From: a virus
Taxonomy: Duplodnaviria; Caudoviricetes
Length of the DNA stretch: 43,010 bases
Direction: 5' to 3' (one strand)
Virus record (IMG/VR): IMGVR_UViG_3300005573_000148
Location: 1-43,010 of that record
In this document: positions 18,143-27,919 of the stretch, piece by piece
Layout of the letters: each line of letters begins with the position of its first letter
How positions within the stretch are numbered: the first letter of the stretch is position 1
Program-made: the position numbers and the translations under genes
Notes under the pieces: generated by a model
Databases searched by the model: none
The model's input: only the letters and a program-made list of their open reading frames with translations
What the model was told of the DNA's origin: nothing

Positions 18143-19102
18143 TTAGACGGACTTGTAGCCGATCTCGGCGGCGTTGACGCCCGCCACCGTCCAGGGTTGC
18201 CCGGTAGCGGGGTCAGTTGCCCATAAGCTGCACACTCCTTTGGAGACCGAAGCCAGGGCCTTGCTGCCGCTAAAATAAGCGGTCCCACCGGAGTTCACGA
18301 CCAACTGCAAGTTTGTGGGGGTTGGATTCCCGATCAATTTAGCCCGGGCCTGGACCTGGACACACTTCACCGAGGCCGGGCTCCCGCTCAAGGCCGCATG
18401 AGCGAAAGTATCTACCTTGGCGGAGACGTCGGTTTCGTTATAGTCCGTTTCAGAGTAAGGAATTTCATCGACGTTCTGCCAGTTGGCCCCGGCAGAGGGG
18501 GTGAACTGGCTAAAGGCGCCGGGTCCGTTGACCTGGATAGCCTGAATCCTGGTATTGCCAATCCAGGCCGCATCATCCACGATGATGTTGTCGAAGTAAT
18601 GGCTCCAGTTCCCCCCATCGGTCCCGAAAAATATGCTGTTGATCTGCAAGGTGGAGGGGGCCGTCTGCCCGCTAAAGTCGATCTCCAGGATGCCGTCCAC
18701 CTTCACTTGGAAAACCCCGGAGGAGGCGTCCGGCTTATAGTGAATCTCGATAAGGTGAGCAGTATAGCTATTGAATACTGTGGTGCCAGTCGCCAGGGCG
18801 GTGTTTGGCCCACGAAACACCTGGAGCTTGGCAGAAGAAAATTGGATATAGCCAAGTAGAGTGGCGCCATTGAAAAACCGCATGATCGCAGCATCGTTGA
18901 CGCTGTTAATCCTCAGGATGAAAGCGAGGTAATACTCACTTGCCGCCGGCAGAGTCTTGGAGGCGTTTGCGTAGGCACTTGCGCAGTTGAGGCAGTAAGT
19001 CCCGTCTGCCCCTGAAATCCCTGAGGAAACTGTTGCACCGGAAACCGCATCCCACAGGTCCAGGCTACCGGATTCAAAGCCGTCGATAAACACGCGTCCC
19101 AT
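18143..19102 (-). CDS. Virion protein with lectin/LamG-like beta-sandwich
   Basis: 319 aa; FIDGFES start, HLIEIH..GVFQVKVDG..YFDNIIVDD pattern typical of ConA-like folds; GGAGG RBS. Confidence 0.65.
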   Translation of the reverse strand: MGRVFIDGFESGSLDLWDAVSGATVSSGISGADGTYCLNCASAYANASKTLPAASEYYLAFILRINSVNDAAIMRFFNGATLLGYIQFSSAKLQVFRGPNTALATGTTVFNSYTAHLIEIHYKPDASSGVFQVKVDGILEIDFSGQTAPSTLQINSIFFGTDGGNWSHYFDNIIVDDAAWIGNTRIQAIQVNGPGAFSQFTPSAGANWQNVDEIPYSETDYNETDVSAKVDTFAHAALSGSPASVKCVQVQARAKLIGNPTPTNLQLVVNSGGTAYFSGSKALASVSKGVCSLWATDPATGQPWTVAGVNAAEIGYKSV

Positions 19103-19111
19103 GTCCGTCTC

Positions 19112-20263
19112 CTATTGCCCGAGGTCGGGCCACATTCCCGCCGCCTGCAATTCTTCCTTGGTGTGGGGCCGCACCAGGACCTTATCGCCCGGGTCCTCCG
19201 CCCCGAAATCAGATTCTGGCAAGCTAATATACTGAAAATCGGGAAATCCATTTACAACCGGATAATCACCGCCAGTAAACCATTCAATCTTAATGTTGTC
19301 GTACTTTTCCTTGTCGTAAAGCGCCACCCATGCCGCCACTCCATAATTAGGGTCAGGCATAGGACAAGCATCAAGATGAAAATGCTCTGAATTAATTAAG
19401 TCACAATCAATACCATATTGATGAACATCAAGGTCAAAAGGAAGTGTATCTCTTGGTGCCCATTCGCCTGGGTATTGTATTACTCCACCTATGCAACTGC
19501 CCCCAATGCAGACAATATACATATACGGGCCGGCAGTGAATTTAAAATATTCAGCCCTGCTCCAACTGGCATCAGTTCCATAAATTATATATCCATTTTC
19601 TGGTGGACCGCCTTTCACATCACAAAGAATGTCGGAATCAACTCTTAGAGCATAAGTACGAACCTTGCGGCCACCACCTGTAACAGTAAGAAACTTTTCC
19701 GCCTCATACTTTAGACCCAACTTTTCTTTATCAGGGAGGGTAGGAATATCAGCTTGGGCGAACTCCCAAGGCAACGCACCATAATGCCTCATAAACGGGA
19801 AATAAAAAAAATGTCCGCCCACGTTGAAGGCGGCTTCGGCCAGGCGGGGATAGCCGTCATAAAAGCCAAGGACCGCCTTGGGCTCCCCGGCCTGGAGGAG
19901 CACCACCACCTCGTCACCCGGCCGGAAGCTCGTCCAGGCAGCCGGGTAACATTTATTGTCCTTGTCGTAATCCTTGGCTAGGCGGTTCACCCAACTGTAA
20001 TCGGGAGCGTCCGGGAGTTTTTGATCATAGTCGTCAAAGTATTGATCCTTGGGCCTGAAAAACAGGGGGATGAAATCAGATTCCTGGCCGTCTATGTCCA
20101 CCTTCACCATGGATTCAACTTGCTCAACGATCCAATCATCGGCTAGCTTATACTTCTGAAATTCTTTGATGGTGCCCTTGGCGAAGGTCGTCTCATAGAC
20201 GTCCTTGAAGTCCTTGTGATTCATCCGCCAGTTTTTCGGCGTCTTTTCAAACGGGTCAGGCAT
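19112..20263 (-). CDS. Tail-associated protein with AT-rich variable central/C-terminal part (receptor-binding candidate)
   Basis: Start reassigned to MPDPFEK at 20263 (overlaps the upstream gene end); clear drop in GC at ~19210-19810. Confidence 0.65.
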   Translation of the reverse strand: MPDPFEKTPKNWRMNHKDFKDVYETTFAKGTIKEFQKYKLADDWIVEQVESMVKVDIDGQESDFIPLFFRPKDQYFDDYDQKLPDAPDYSWVNRLAKDYDKDNKCYPAAWTSFRPGDEVVVLLQAGEPKAVLGFYDGYPRLAEAAFNVGGHFFYFPFMRHYGALPWEFAQADIPTLPDKEKLGLKYEAEKFLTVTGGGRKVRTYALRVDSDILCDVKGGPPENGYIIYGTDASWSRAEYFKFTAGPYMYIVCIGGSCIGGVIQYPGEWAPRDTLPFDLDVHQYGIDCDLINSEHFHLDACPMPDPNYGVAAWVALYDKEKYDNIKIEWFTGGDYPVVNGFPDFQYISLPESDFGAEDPGDKVLVRPHTKEELQAAGMWPDLGQ

Positions 20264-20699
20264 TACCCTCAGCCTCCAAAGCAGGGAGCAGGGCCGCCCC
20301 GACACCAACGGTGCCATACGGGATCACGCTCGGGAGGATTTCCAGTTCCCCCACCACGGTCTTAATGACCTCACTTCCCCGGGTGATGCTCACCTGGAGC
20401 ACATAGGGGCCTGGGTAGAGATTGGTCTGTGCCGCGGTGGGGGTAAAGGAAATGACGCCGGGGGGATCATAACGGGTGATCCCCTCGTCAGGCACGGTGA
20501 AGGAATAGAAAATATCCTCTTCGTGTTTCTTCACCGCCACCATGACCTGGGCGTCCTCAGGGATCGGGAAAGGGCTCCCCGCTTCATAAATCCCAAGGGC
20601 AATCTTCCTGGACTCGCCTTGGTAAACCTTGAGAATCGACATGGGACCTCCCACCCTGGCGCAGAGATTCAAGATATCCAGGCCCAGGTCAATTTCCAT
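20256..20699 (-). CDS. BppU-N-like/Ig-like tail structural protein
   Basis: 147 aa; VYQGES..G.ISFT.TAAQT..PG.Y.LQV pattern. Confidence 0.55.
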   Translation of the reverse strand: MEIDLGLDILNLCARVGGPMSILKVYQGESRKIALGIYEAGSPFPIPEDAQVMVAVKKHEEDIFYSFTVPDEGITRYDPPGVISFTPTAAQTNLYPGPYVLQVSITRGSEVIKTVVGELEILPSVIPYGTVGVGAALLPALEAEGNA

Positions 20700-20702
20700 G
20701 GC

Positions 20703-21101
20703 CTAAACCCCCGCCGGCGCGGTAATGGAGAAGGAGGTAACATTCACCGGCCCGCCCGACACAATGGCCGTGGTGTTCAGGTTGAGGGAGGCCCCGCTCG
20801 TGCTTACGTCACCGTCGCATACTACCGTGGTGCCGTCGGCCTTGGTCATGCGGAAATACCCTGCGGTGCCGTCGGTCAAGGCGTTCTGTGAGGCGATAGC
20901 CCCAAAGGTCAGAACGCCGTTGGCAACGGAGTTACTGGCCTTGCCGGGCAGGGTAAGCTCCGCCAACTTGACCCCCGTAGCCGCTTGGTTCGGCCCCGGG
21001 GAGGCCCCGGAATAAATCTGGAGCTTGCCGCCGTCCAGATCATCGTTCATCTTGTTGGCGAGGTCGTTTTGGATGCCGGAAGCGATCACGAAACTTGCCA
21101 T
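20703..21101 (-). CDS. Virion structural protein
   Basis: 132 aa; GKLQIYSG..P..GTAGYFR..DGDV..LNTT.IV.G..V.VTS pattern common in phage tail modules; AAGGAG RBS. Confidence 0.75.
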   Translation of the reverse strand: MASFVIASGIQNDLANKMNDDLDGGKLQIYSGASPGPNQAATGVKLAELTLPGKASNSVANGVLTFGAIASQNALTDGTAGYFRMTKADGTTVVCDGDVSTSGASLNLNTTAIVSGGPVNVTSFSITAPAGV

Positions 21102-21176
21102 GGGGTTTCTCCTTTAAAAGTTGCTTCAAAATCCGCTAGCGGTTTGTCCTGGCGCCTAGGCGGTTCGGTTGGAGTA

Positions 21177-21890
21177 TTAGCCTGTCCCCATGCTGAGGGT
21201 CAGGGTGTATCGCAGTTTCTGGCCGCTTAAGGTGACGGCCTTGGGATCGGTGAAGGCCTCCATGAACACCAGGGTCTTGAGGCTGTCCCCGTTGAAGAGG
21301 GTGCCGGTGTTGCTCACGGCCTTGGTAGCCGCCGCCACCTGGAGGTTTTCACCGTTCTGGAAGGCCCCGGTCTGATTCTTGACTGCCAACCACCCGGCCG
21401 CATCGCCGCCGCCCCAGGTGCCGGAAGAGAGCCACACCGCTGTTACCTCAGCCGTGGCCGCGCTCGTGGCCCCCGTGATGGTGTCCCCGGGGTTGATCAC
21501 CGCGCTCCCGTTGTTGAAGGGGATAATCCGGGCGTAGCCGAAGGCGCCGTAAACCGTCACGCCGTCCGCCACATCCGCGTCGGTAAAGGCCCATTCCAGA
21601 TAGGGTTTGGTGGGCCCGCCCACCGGATCACACCATTGGGCCGATCCCCTGCCGGAATTGTCCACGGAGAGATACCACTGGCCCCCGGCCAGGGCGCTTT
21701 CGTTTACCACATTGGCGAGATCCTTGGGGGCATATCCCCGTCCCCCGCCCTGGTTAAGCTCCTGGATGAGGAGGACGTTCGTGCTGCCGTCCGGGTTGAG
21801 CACGTTTTTATAGAGGCCCACCCGGAGCGCCAGGCTGCTAAGGATAGCCTTGAGGCCCAAGAGTTCGCCGGTATTCGTGATATAGATCAC
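21177..21890 (-). CDS. Virion structural protein
   Basis: 237 aa, GTG start with AGGAGG RBS; G/A/T-rich beta protein (GDTITGATS.ATA..F..GE). Confidence 0.7.
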   Translation of the reverse strand: MIYITNTGELLGLKAILSSLALRVGLYKNVLNPDGSTNVLLIQELNQGGGRGYAPKDLANVVNESALAGGQWYLSVDNSGRGSAQWCDPVGGPTKPYLEWAFTDADVADGVTVYGAFGYARIIPFNNGSAVINPGDTITGATSAATAEVTAVWLSSGTWGGGDAAGWLAVKNQTGAFQNGENLQVAAATKAVSNTGTLFNGDSLKTLVFMEAFTDPKAVTLSGQKLRYTLTLSMGTG

Positions 21891-21902
21891 TGTGTAACCC
21901 TC

Positions 21903-23156
21903 CTAAGGAAAGAGGTTGCCGCGGTTAATAATTTCCGAGAGGGTGGCGTCCACGGCCTCTCTCGGGCTGCCGAACAAACTGAAAATAAGCTGAGGCCAAC
22001 CGTTCACCACCCGGTAGAGGCCGGCCCCCGCCGAAAGGTAGTCCATCTTGAGCCGGGTGTCGGTCAGGTGCAGGAGCCGCCCCTGGTTATCCCCGGCTAT
22101 GACTCCCCGGGGGCTCACCCAAACAGGCTCGGGAAGAGCTACGGGGTGCGGGGAGCCCATCCTGTCCGGGCTTTTCCGCAGGGCATAGGTGAGGGTCCCG
22201 GGGATCGCCCCGTCGCCTACCCGCCGGGCCACGGCCTTCTGAGGGTCGCCGCTGTCCAGATACCAGGTGGAGGTCCGGGAGTTGACGAAAAGCCCATCGC
22301 TGACCGGGGCAATCATCACCACGTCCTCGTGGAAGGGGAAGTAATGGATGAACCCCTCCAGGCGATAGGGTTGACTGTAAATTACCCGATCCTCATGAGC
22401 CCCCCATATCCGCCCGAAGCCATAGGAAAAATGCGCGAAGGGCGGCGGGGGTTTCTCCAGGAGCGTCGGCAGGGGTTGGACCTGGGGAGATTGACGCCGG
22501 ATCACGCCGTCGGCATCGAGGGGGGCCAGGAGAAATTCGCCCCCGTCAATGGGCGTAATCCAACACAGGGCTCCTGGGGGGAGGTTATGGACCTGGATTC
22601 CTCGAGGAGCACCTTCCCAACTTACTTGCACCAGGGGGCCGTTACCGGAGAGGTCACGGTCCCGGGTATTGGTGAAGGTGAGGGTGTATTTACCGGGGAC
22701 CAGGCTGCCGTCGTCGGTGAGGCTCACCTGTGGCGCCGGGGGCAGGGCAATTCCCCAAGACCGCACTTGCATTTTCCACAGGTCGAACACCCCGTTATTC
22801 CAACGATTCGAGAAGTAGATAAGGCCGTTGGCCTCGAAGTAAGTGAAGGGCTCCGGAGGCCCCGCCAGGTCCGCCACCTTGACGAGCTTGGCCCCCTGGA
22901 CGTAGTAAAGCGCCCCGGGGTCGGCCACCAACATCACCGAGCCGCCCCATAGCGAATGAGCGCCGGCCAGGGGGATCACCTTCTTCTGGCCCAGGCGCTT
23001 CTTGAGCGAAAAGCCGTCGGTAACGTCGGCGTTGAGGATGAAGGTGGGCGTGGAGTGCCCGTTTTGATCAACCTGGGTCGCAGGGGAGCGGGGCAAGTTG
23101 TTCATGCCCTTGAAGCCGGCAATCCGGAAAGGCTTAATAGAACCCACCGAAGTCAA
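21903..23156 (-). CDS. Tail nozzle/DNA-stabilisation-like beta-propeller protein
   Basis: 417 aa; GFKGMNN..NAD..LKKR.G N-terminus, beta-rich, follows the adaptor gene as in podoviral tail order. Confidence 0.55.
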   Translation of the reverse strand: MTSVGSIKPFRIAGFKGMNNLPRSPATQVDQNGHSTPTFILNADVTDGFSLKKRLGQKKVIPLAGAHSLWGGSVMLVADPGALYYVQGAKLVKVADLAGPPEPFTYFEANGLIYFSNRWNNGVFDLWKMQVRSWGIALPPAPQVSLTDDGSLVPGKYTLTFTNTRDRDLSGNGPLVQVSWEGAPRGIQVHNLPPGALCWITPIDGGEFLLAPLDADGVIRRQSPQVQPLPTLLEKPPPPFAHFSYGFGRIWGAHEDRVIYSQPYRLEGFIHYFPFHEDVVMIAPVSDGLFVNSRTSTWYLDSGDPQKAVARRVGDGAIPGTLTYALRKSPDRMGSPHPVALPEPVWVSPRGVIAGDNQGRLLHLTDTRLKMDYLSAGAGLYRVVNGWPQLIFSLFGSPREAVDATLSEIINRGNLFP

Positions 23157-23853
23157 ACCTCCCCGGGCCGATAGGATTGCGGCCGCCGTGACGCCGCGGC
23201 CCCCCGGTGATTTTGGTCAGGTAAGGCACCAGGCCCATAGAACCGCCAGGCACACCGATGAGGCCTTCCTTGAGTTGGCCTTGCCACCATTGGAGCGGCC
23301 TCAGATCGGTGCCTTCCACCTGGTCAATAATCATGGGCCAGGCCTGAATGATGATTTTGGGGATGAGCACCCGCCGGTGATACTCCGGGGGGATGCAGGC
23401 GCACTCATCCGTGGGTTTGCTCAGCGGAGCGGGCTTTTGGTAATACCACAGGTGCAGGGTGTCATTGGCCCGGGGATGGACGCCGATATACGCGTCCTTG
23501 CCGGTGTAGCCTACCCCCACGGTGCGCACCCGCTCCCCGATATGGTCATGGGCCGGGTTGAGGCGGGTAATGTGTTCCAGGTCCAGAGGCCGGCCCTGAA
23601 ACTGGAAGGTCACATGGTTAAAGTGCCCGTTCCGGCAATGGAAGATTTTCTTGTGGAAGTTGTCGGGAGCCTTGAAGAGCCAGTTATCATCGGTGACGTC
23701 GAACTCCTGGGCGTCCATGAGCTTGAGCGTGGGCAGGTCATAGTCCGCCGCGAGCTCCAGGATGGCGTTATTGATCCAATCCTTGAAGTGCTTCGCCAAG
23801 CTCTTGTCCGTAACATGAAGAGCTAGCTCTTTTTCCAGGGCCGCCAGGTTCAT
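23134..23853 (-). CDS. Head-tail adaptor-like protein
   Basis: 239 aa; WINNAILEL helix, HPR..TL.L.YY.KP..L..D..CIP.EYH pattern; position after capsid/decoration genes. Confidence 0.65.
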   Translation of the reverse strand: MNLAALEKELALHVTDKSLAKHFKDWINNAILELAADYDLPTLKLMDAQEFDVTDDNWLFKAPDNFHKKIFHCRNGHFNHVTFQFQGRPLDLEHITRLNPAHDHIGERVRTVGVGYTGKDAYIGVHPRANDTLHLWYYQKPAPLSKPTDECACIPPEYHRRVLIPKIIIQAWPMIIDQVEGTDLRPLQWWQGQLKEGLIGVPGGSMGLVPYLTKITGGPRRHGGRNPIGPGRFDFGGFY

Positions 23854-24128
23854 AGCTTGCGCCTTGTGGTTTTGAGAGCGTCCTCCAAGTCGTCTTTCTG
23901 GACGGGATGGAGTTCGACGCTATCCATGAGCAGGGAAAAGCTGCTGCTGTCCTTGCTCTTATTGAAGCTGTTGATCTTGCCCTTCACTATGACGGTGACT
24001 TCCTGATCCACCGCCAGGTCGGAGAATTCCTTGGGCTCCTTCATGCCCCCCTTCCCGAAGTCGAAGCTGACGCGTCGACGCCAATCGTCAACTTCGTGAA
24101 CGGCGAGGGGAGCGGATTTCTTAGCCAT
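23850..24128 (-). CDS. Hypothetical protein
   Basis: Start MAKKSAP at 24128 with AGGAGG RBS; ATGA overlap with the next gene. Confidence 0.7.
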   Translation of the reverse strand: MAKKSAPLAVHEVDDWRRRVSFDFGKGGMKEPKEFSDLAVDQEVTVIVKGKINSFNKSKDSSSFSLLMDSVELHPVQKDDLEDALKTTRRKL

Positions 24129-24283
24129 TAGTCCCTCCTGAAGATGGGCGGCGGTTTTTCCAGGTCGGCCCCACACGCCGGGCAGAATTTGTCGCCCTGC
24201 CGGTAAATGCGCGGGTCAGGCCGGAACACCAGGCCGCAGCGCGGGTTCGGACAATGGACGACAGAATCCTCTTCGTTAGCCAT
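24128..24283 (-). CDS. Small Zn-ribbon protein (51 aa)
   Basis: Not in the ORF track. MANEEDSVVHCPNPRCG...FCPACGADLEKPPPIFRRD has two Cys pairs, abuts the upstream stop and is TAATG-coupled to the next gene. Confidence 0.75.
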   Translation of the reverse strand: MANEEDSVVHCPNPRCGLVFRPDPRIYRQGDKFCPACGADLEKPPPIFRRD

Positions 24284-24850
24284 TTACACGGTCACCTGGG
24301 CCGGCGGAGCTTCCGGCGCCTTGGCCCGAACCGGGGGTTTCTTCTTGCCGGCGGGCTTCTTCTTGCTTGCCGCCATGGTGGGCGGCTTGGCCGCCGGCGC
24401 GGTGTCCCGCTTCTGGCCCTGGCCCAACTTTTCGGCCTCCATCTTCTTGTTCAGGCCGATAATGGCCGCGGTGAGGACCGGGCCCGGCTGCAGGCAGTTG
24501 TAAAGGTCGTCCATCTTTTCCACCGGCGTCCCGTCCTCGAATTGGGGGTAGCCGTTGTTGTCGAACATGATCTTGGGCAGAGCCGCCTCTTCCCCGGTGC
24601 CCCGGTTGCGGAACCACTCCAGGGCCTCATCCCGGACGGCCCGGAGGTCCGGAGTGCTGAGGATCGCCTTGATTTCCGCCTCAGACTTGATAGGGAGCCC
24701 GGTAACGTGGACGAAGGCCCCGTTGGTCAGTTGGGCGATGTGGCCCCCCTGCCGAATGATGCTCCCCTCTTCATTCTGCTTGGGGACCACCACCCAGGAG
24801 CGTTCCACTTCGATTACGCCGAAACTTTTGGTGAAAACCTTTTGTGCCAC
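24284..24850 (-). CDS. Hypothetical protein with Lys/Pro/Ala-rich tail
   Basis: 188 aa, GTG start with AAAGGA RBS. Confidence 0.7.
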   Translation of the reverse strand: MAQKVFTKSFGVIEVERSWVVVPKQNEEGSIIRQGGHIAQLTNGAFVHVTGLPIKSEAEIKAILSTPDLRAVRDEALEWFRNRGTGEEAALPKIMFDNNGYPQFEDGTPVEKMDDLYNCLQPGPVLTAAIIGLNKKMEAEKLGQGQKRDTAPAAKPPTMAASKKKPAGKKKPPVRAKAPEAPPAQVTV

Positions 24851-24872
24851 GGTTTATCCTTTCTGTTGATTG

Positions 24873-25229
24873 TTATTCCCCAAGTACCATCAGGGGGATT
24901 ACCAGGGCCGGGACCGCCACGTGGCCCAATTCCACCATGGCCGCGGGGTCAGCGCCGCCCTTGCCGATATAGAGCCGGATGGTGTTGTGATCCGGGTCAT
25001 AGACCGCCATGTAGCCGGCCACAAAGACCGGCTGAATGACCTTGACGCCCTTGTTGAGCCCGAAAACGTAGGGAGCGTCCAACGGCAGGGGCACGCCATT
25101 GGCGGGATAGGTAAGCACTCCGTCCCCGAAGCTCACCACCGGCAGGGTCAGGGTGAGAGGACCAAGGGAGAAGTACCGATCTCCCCCGGCCAGGGCCACG
25201 TCCACATCGGCTTTTGCCAGATCAGCCAT
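24873..25229 (-). CDS. Probable head decoration/minor capsid protein
   Basis: Start reassigned to MADLAKAD at 25229 (AAAGGA RBS); YPANG.P motif; two genes downstream of the capsid gene. Confidence 0.6.
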   Translation of the reverse strand: MADLAKADVDVALAGGDRYFSLGPLTLTLPVVSFGDGVLTYPANGVPLPLDAPYVFGLNKGVKVIQPVFVAGYMAVYDPDHNTIRLYIGKGGADPAAMVELGHVAVPALVIPLMVLGE

Positions 25230-25250
25230 ATCCTTTTCTCCTGAGAGGGA

Positions 25251-25272
25251 GGCCCCCGGTTTCCCGGGGGCC
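25251..25272 (-). terminator. GC-rich GAAA-tetraloop hairpin (stabiliser or weak terminator) after the capsid-decoration genes
   Basis: Minus strand reads GGCCCCCGG-GAAA-CCGGGGGCC, a perfect 9-bp stem without a clear U-tract. Confidence 0.5.
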
Positions 25273-25278
25273 ACCCGG

Positions 25279-25824
25279 TTAAGCGTGAATGTTGCTGTCG
25301 GCGGTAGCCTTAACCGGAGTCCGGTTGACCAGTTTCGCCATGTTGTTCTCGGTTTCCGGCCGTTCGTGCCAACAGAAGAACGGTTGGTAGGTGCCCGCGA
25401 TGCCGGCGCCCCCCGCCCCCTGAGTGGTGATTTCGATGCCCACCTGGTCCCCGGGATCAATGTCGGCCACGTTCTTGCTCTGAACCCCGGTGTAGGGGGC
25501 CGCAGCCTTGACCGGCTGATTGTCCACGTCCACCACGTACTGCGTGCCGGGCGCGTCGCCGTCCTCAAGGTTAATGGTGGCGAGGGCTACCTTCTTGGAG
25601 GTGTCGCCCCCGGGGTATTTGTAGAGGGTAAGGACGCCCTTGCTGGTTTGAGTGGCGTAGTCGAAGGCCACCGTGGGAGCAAACCCGAACCGCTCGACGC
25701 ACATGGGCTCCCGGGCGGATTTGGTGAGGATATTCCCGGGAGCCGCGTTCAGGGCGATAGCCGCAGCCATGCCGTGATTGTCATTGGAAGAATCCACGAC
25801 CTTCCGAATGTAAGAGCCGTACAT
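25279..25824 (-). CDS. Probable capsid decoration/cement protein
   Basis: 181 aa beta-rich protein immediately downstream of the major capsid gene; AAGGAGG RBS. Confidence 0.6.
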   Translation of the reverse strand: MYGSYIRKVVDSSNDNHGMAAAIALNAAPGNILTKSAREPMCVERFGFAPTVAFDYATQTSKGVLTLYKYPGGDTSKKVALATINLEDGDAPGTQYVVDVDNQPVKAAAPYTGVQSKNVADIDPGDQVGIEITTQGAGGAGIAGTYQPFFCWHERPETENNMAKLVNRTPVKATADSNIHA

Positions 25825-25851
25825 ACTGAGGTCCCTCCTTCTCTCCCCGGC

Positions 25852-26826
25852 TTACAGGGAGTCGATGACGATGATTTTGGCCTTGCCGTCGTCGGCGGAA
25901 TCCCACACGGAGCCGATGCCGATGATCCCGTACCAGGCCGCGGCCTGGGTGCGGCCAAAGTCGCTCTGATAGTTGGTATCCAGGCGCAGGTGCGGGGTTT
26001 CGGCCGTGATCCGGGCCACGGCGTCGTCACCGAACACCACGGCCTGGCCCAGGTAGGCGGAGTTGCCGGCCACGTTGGAGAAGGCCAGGGCCCGGTTACA
26101 TTCCACCCACCGGATCCTTTCCGTGGCCCCCATTTCGCCCTTGAACACGAAATCGCCTTTGCCCAGGTACTTGTGCCATTCCTGCCAGTAGCGATCCTGT
26201 TTCAGGGAGCGGAGGTTCTTGTTGGCGGAGATCCCCACGTAGTTGTCCCCCTCGTAGGGCGGGCAATGGATGGTGTCCCGGAGGTAGTCCGCGAGGATGG
26301 TGCAGTGATCGAAGGTCAGGCCCGCAGTCGCCAGAGCCGCCGGGGTGCCGGTGGTGGAGAAGGTCCCGGTGGAAAGGCTCGTGGGGGTGAAGCGGATTTT
26401 CACCGCGGCGGGGTCCAGGAAGCCGGCGGCGCTTTCGGTGTCCAGGGCCTCCTCCATCTGGACCTTGAGGGCCTTTTGAAGCTCGTCTTTGATGTTGAAC
26501 TTCGAGAGGCGGTACATGAGGTTGGTGAACTCGACGCCTTCCCCGAGTTCCACCACCTTGATTACCCGGTTGCCGAAGGCCAGTTTCCGAATCGGAATCC
26601 GGTTGTTCTCCTGGAGCCGGGAAGAGGGGGAGTTGGGCAGCCGTTCAATGTGCATGATGTTGACGGCCTCGCCCGCGTTGGGCTTGAAGGTAATGCCGTG
26701 CGGGTGCGTGAAGGGCGCCACGATACAGGCGCCGGCGGCAACTCTCCGCAGTTCGTTGGAAAGCTGGTGGTTTTTATAGATGCCGAGGGCGGCATCAAAT
26801 TCCCAATTCATGGCAGAACCAGGCAT
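25852..26826 (-). CDS. Major capsid protein
   Basis: 324 aa after the scaffold gene; AGGAGG RBS; YVGI..LRSLKQD, FKGEMG..RIRWVE, QAVVFGDDA, DFGR..AAWY motifs. Confidence 0.85.
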   Translation of the reverse strand: MPGSAMNWEFDAALGIYKNHQLSNELRRVAAGACIVAPFTHPHGITFKPNAGEAVNIMHIERLPNSPSSRLQENNRIPIRKLAFGNRVIKVVELGEGVEFTNLMYRLSKFNIKDELQKALKVQMEEALDTESAAGFLDPAAVKIRFTPTSLSTGTFSTTGTPAALATAGLTFDHCTILADYLRDTIHCPPYEGDNYVGISANKNLRSLKQDRYWQEWHKYLGKGDFVFKGEMGATERIRWVECNRALAFSNVAGNSAYLGQAVVFGDDAVARITAETPHLRLDTNYQSDFGRTQAAAWYGIIGIGSVWDSADDGKAKIIVIDSL

Positions 26827-26836
26827 GGTTTACCTC

Positions 26837-27904
26837 CTAAAGTGTGCGTTGGGCCTGGACCGCGGCGAAGTCCTCGTCGAGGCTCCCAGGCTTCACCTTT
26901 TGAGTGGTCCTGGGGGTATGGCTTCCCCGGCCCAGGACCGCATTGTTGGTTTGGTTTTGGCGGGCGGCCTCCTCCCGCTGCTTATCCGTCTGGACCGCCT
27001 GGCCCACGCGGGACCGGACCTGACCGACCACCCAATCCACCTGTTTCTCCAGGGGCTTATTTTTCAAGTCCTCCGGGAGCTTCCGGGCGAACCGATCAAA
27101 GAGGATGGAGTCGGCGCTGTCCTCGTCCCCCATGTTCAGGCCGGCCTTTTCAGCCAGCGATACGGCCTTGTCCCATACCCGGGCCGCAGCGTCCTGATCA
27201 TCCTTCTGACGCTGAGCTTCCCGTTCGGCCTCAAGCTGCTTCTTGACGATCTTGCCGACCTCCTCCTCACTCATCCCGGAGGGAGAGAAGCCCGCTTCCA
27301 TCAAGGCTTCGGCGTTGGCTTCGGCCCAGGCTTCCGCCACTTGCTCGGAATAGTCCGGGTCCATGCGGTCAAGCTCGGCAATCTTGTCCAGGGCCTTCTT
27401 GTTGGCGGTCTTGGCTACCGCTAGCAGTTTGGCCTTGCGCTCCTCAGGGCTTACCGGCGGCGTCTCGGGAGGTTTTTCCTCCCCGGCGGTCTTGGCTTTG
27501 AGTTCATCGAGCTCGCGTTGCAGGTTTTCCCGGGCCGCAGTTTCCTCAGCGGCCTTGGTAGTGGCCTCGTGCATCTTCCGTTCGGCTTCCCGGTAAGCTG
27601 CTTCCGCGTCCTCTTGGCTCTTGTATTTGAGCTTCGGGGGCTCCTCCTTCTCAGGGGGTTTCATAGTTTCCCCGGCGGCGGCTTCCCCGCCGGCAGTTTC
27701 CCCCTCTTCCCCCTTTTCTCTCCCGTCGCCGTCGCCTTCCCCCGTCTCTCCTGGGCCGGATACCTCTTCCTCACCCCCTAGGGCCGGGTGACCGGTGAGA
27801 ACCGGATGCTCCAGTTCCCCGTCCATAAAGTCCTGTGGGGGCAAAGTCTCCGGAGATACCTGGGTGTCCAGATTTTGGGTTTCGCTGCCTGTTTCGCCTG
27901 GCAT
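26837..27904 (-). CDS. Capsid scaffolding protein
   Basis: Start reassigned to MPGETG at 27904 (AAAGGA RBS). Acidic disordered N-terminus, KYKSQEDAEAAYREAERK motif, coiled coil; directly upstream of the capsid gene. Confidence 0.8.
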   Translation of the reverse strand: MPGETGSETQNLDTQVSPETLPPQDFMDGELEHPVLTGHPALGGEEEVSGPGETGEGDGDGREKGEEGETAGGEAAAGETMKPPEKEEPPKLKYKSQEDAEAAYREAERKMHEATTKAAEETAARENLQRELDELKAKTAGEEKPPETPPVSPEERKAKLLAVAKTANKKALDKIAELDRMDPDYSEQVAEAWAEANAEALMEAGFSPSGMSEEEVGKIVKKQLEAEREAQRQKDDQDAAARVWDKAVSLAEKAGLNMGDEDSADSILFDRFARKLPEDLKNKPLEKQVDWVVGQVRSRVGQAVQTDKQREEAARQNQTNNAVLGRGSHTPRTTQKVKPGSLDEDFAAVQAQRTL

Positions 27905-27919
27905 GCCCTGTCCTTTCTC

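Noticed and set aside
19112-20263. Diversity-generating retroelement target
   Set aside because: No reverse transcriptase or template repeat in the window, and the variable segment is longer than a typical VR.
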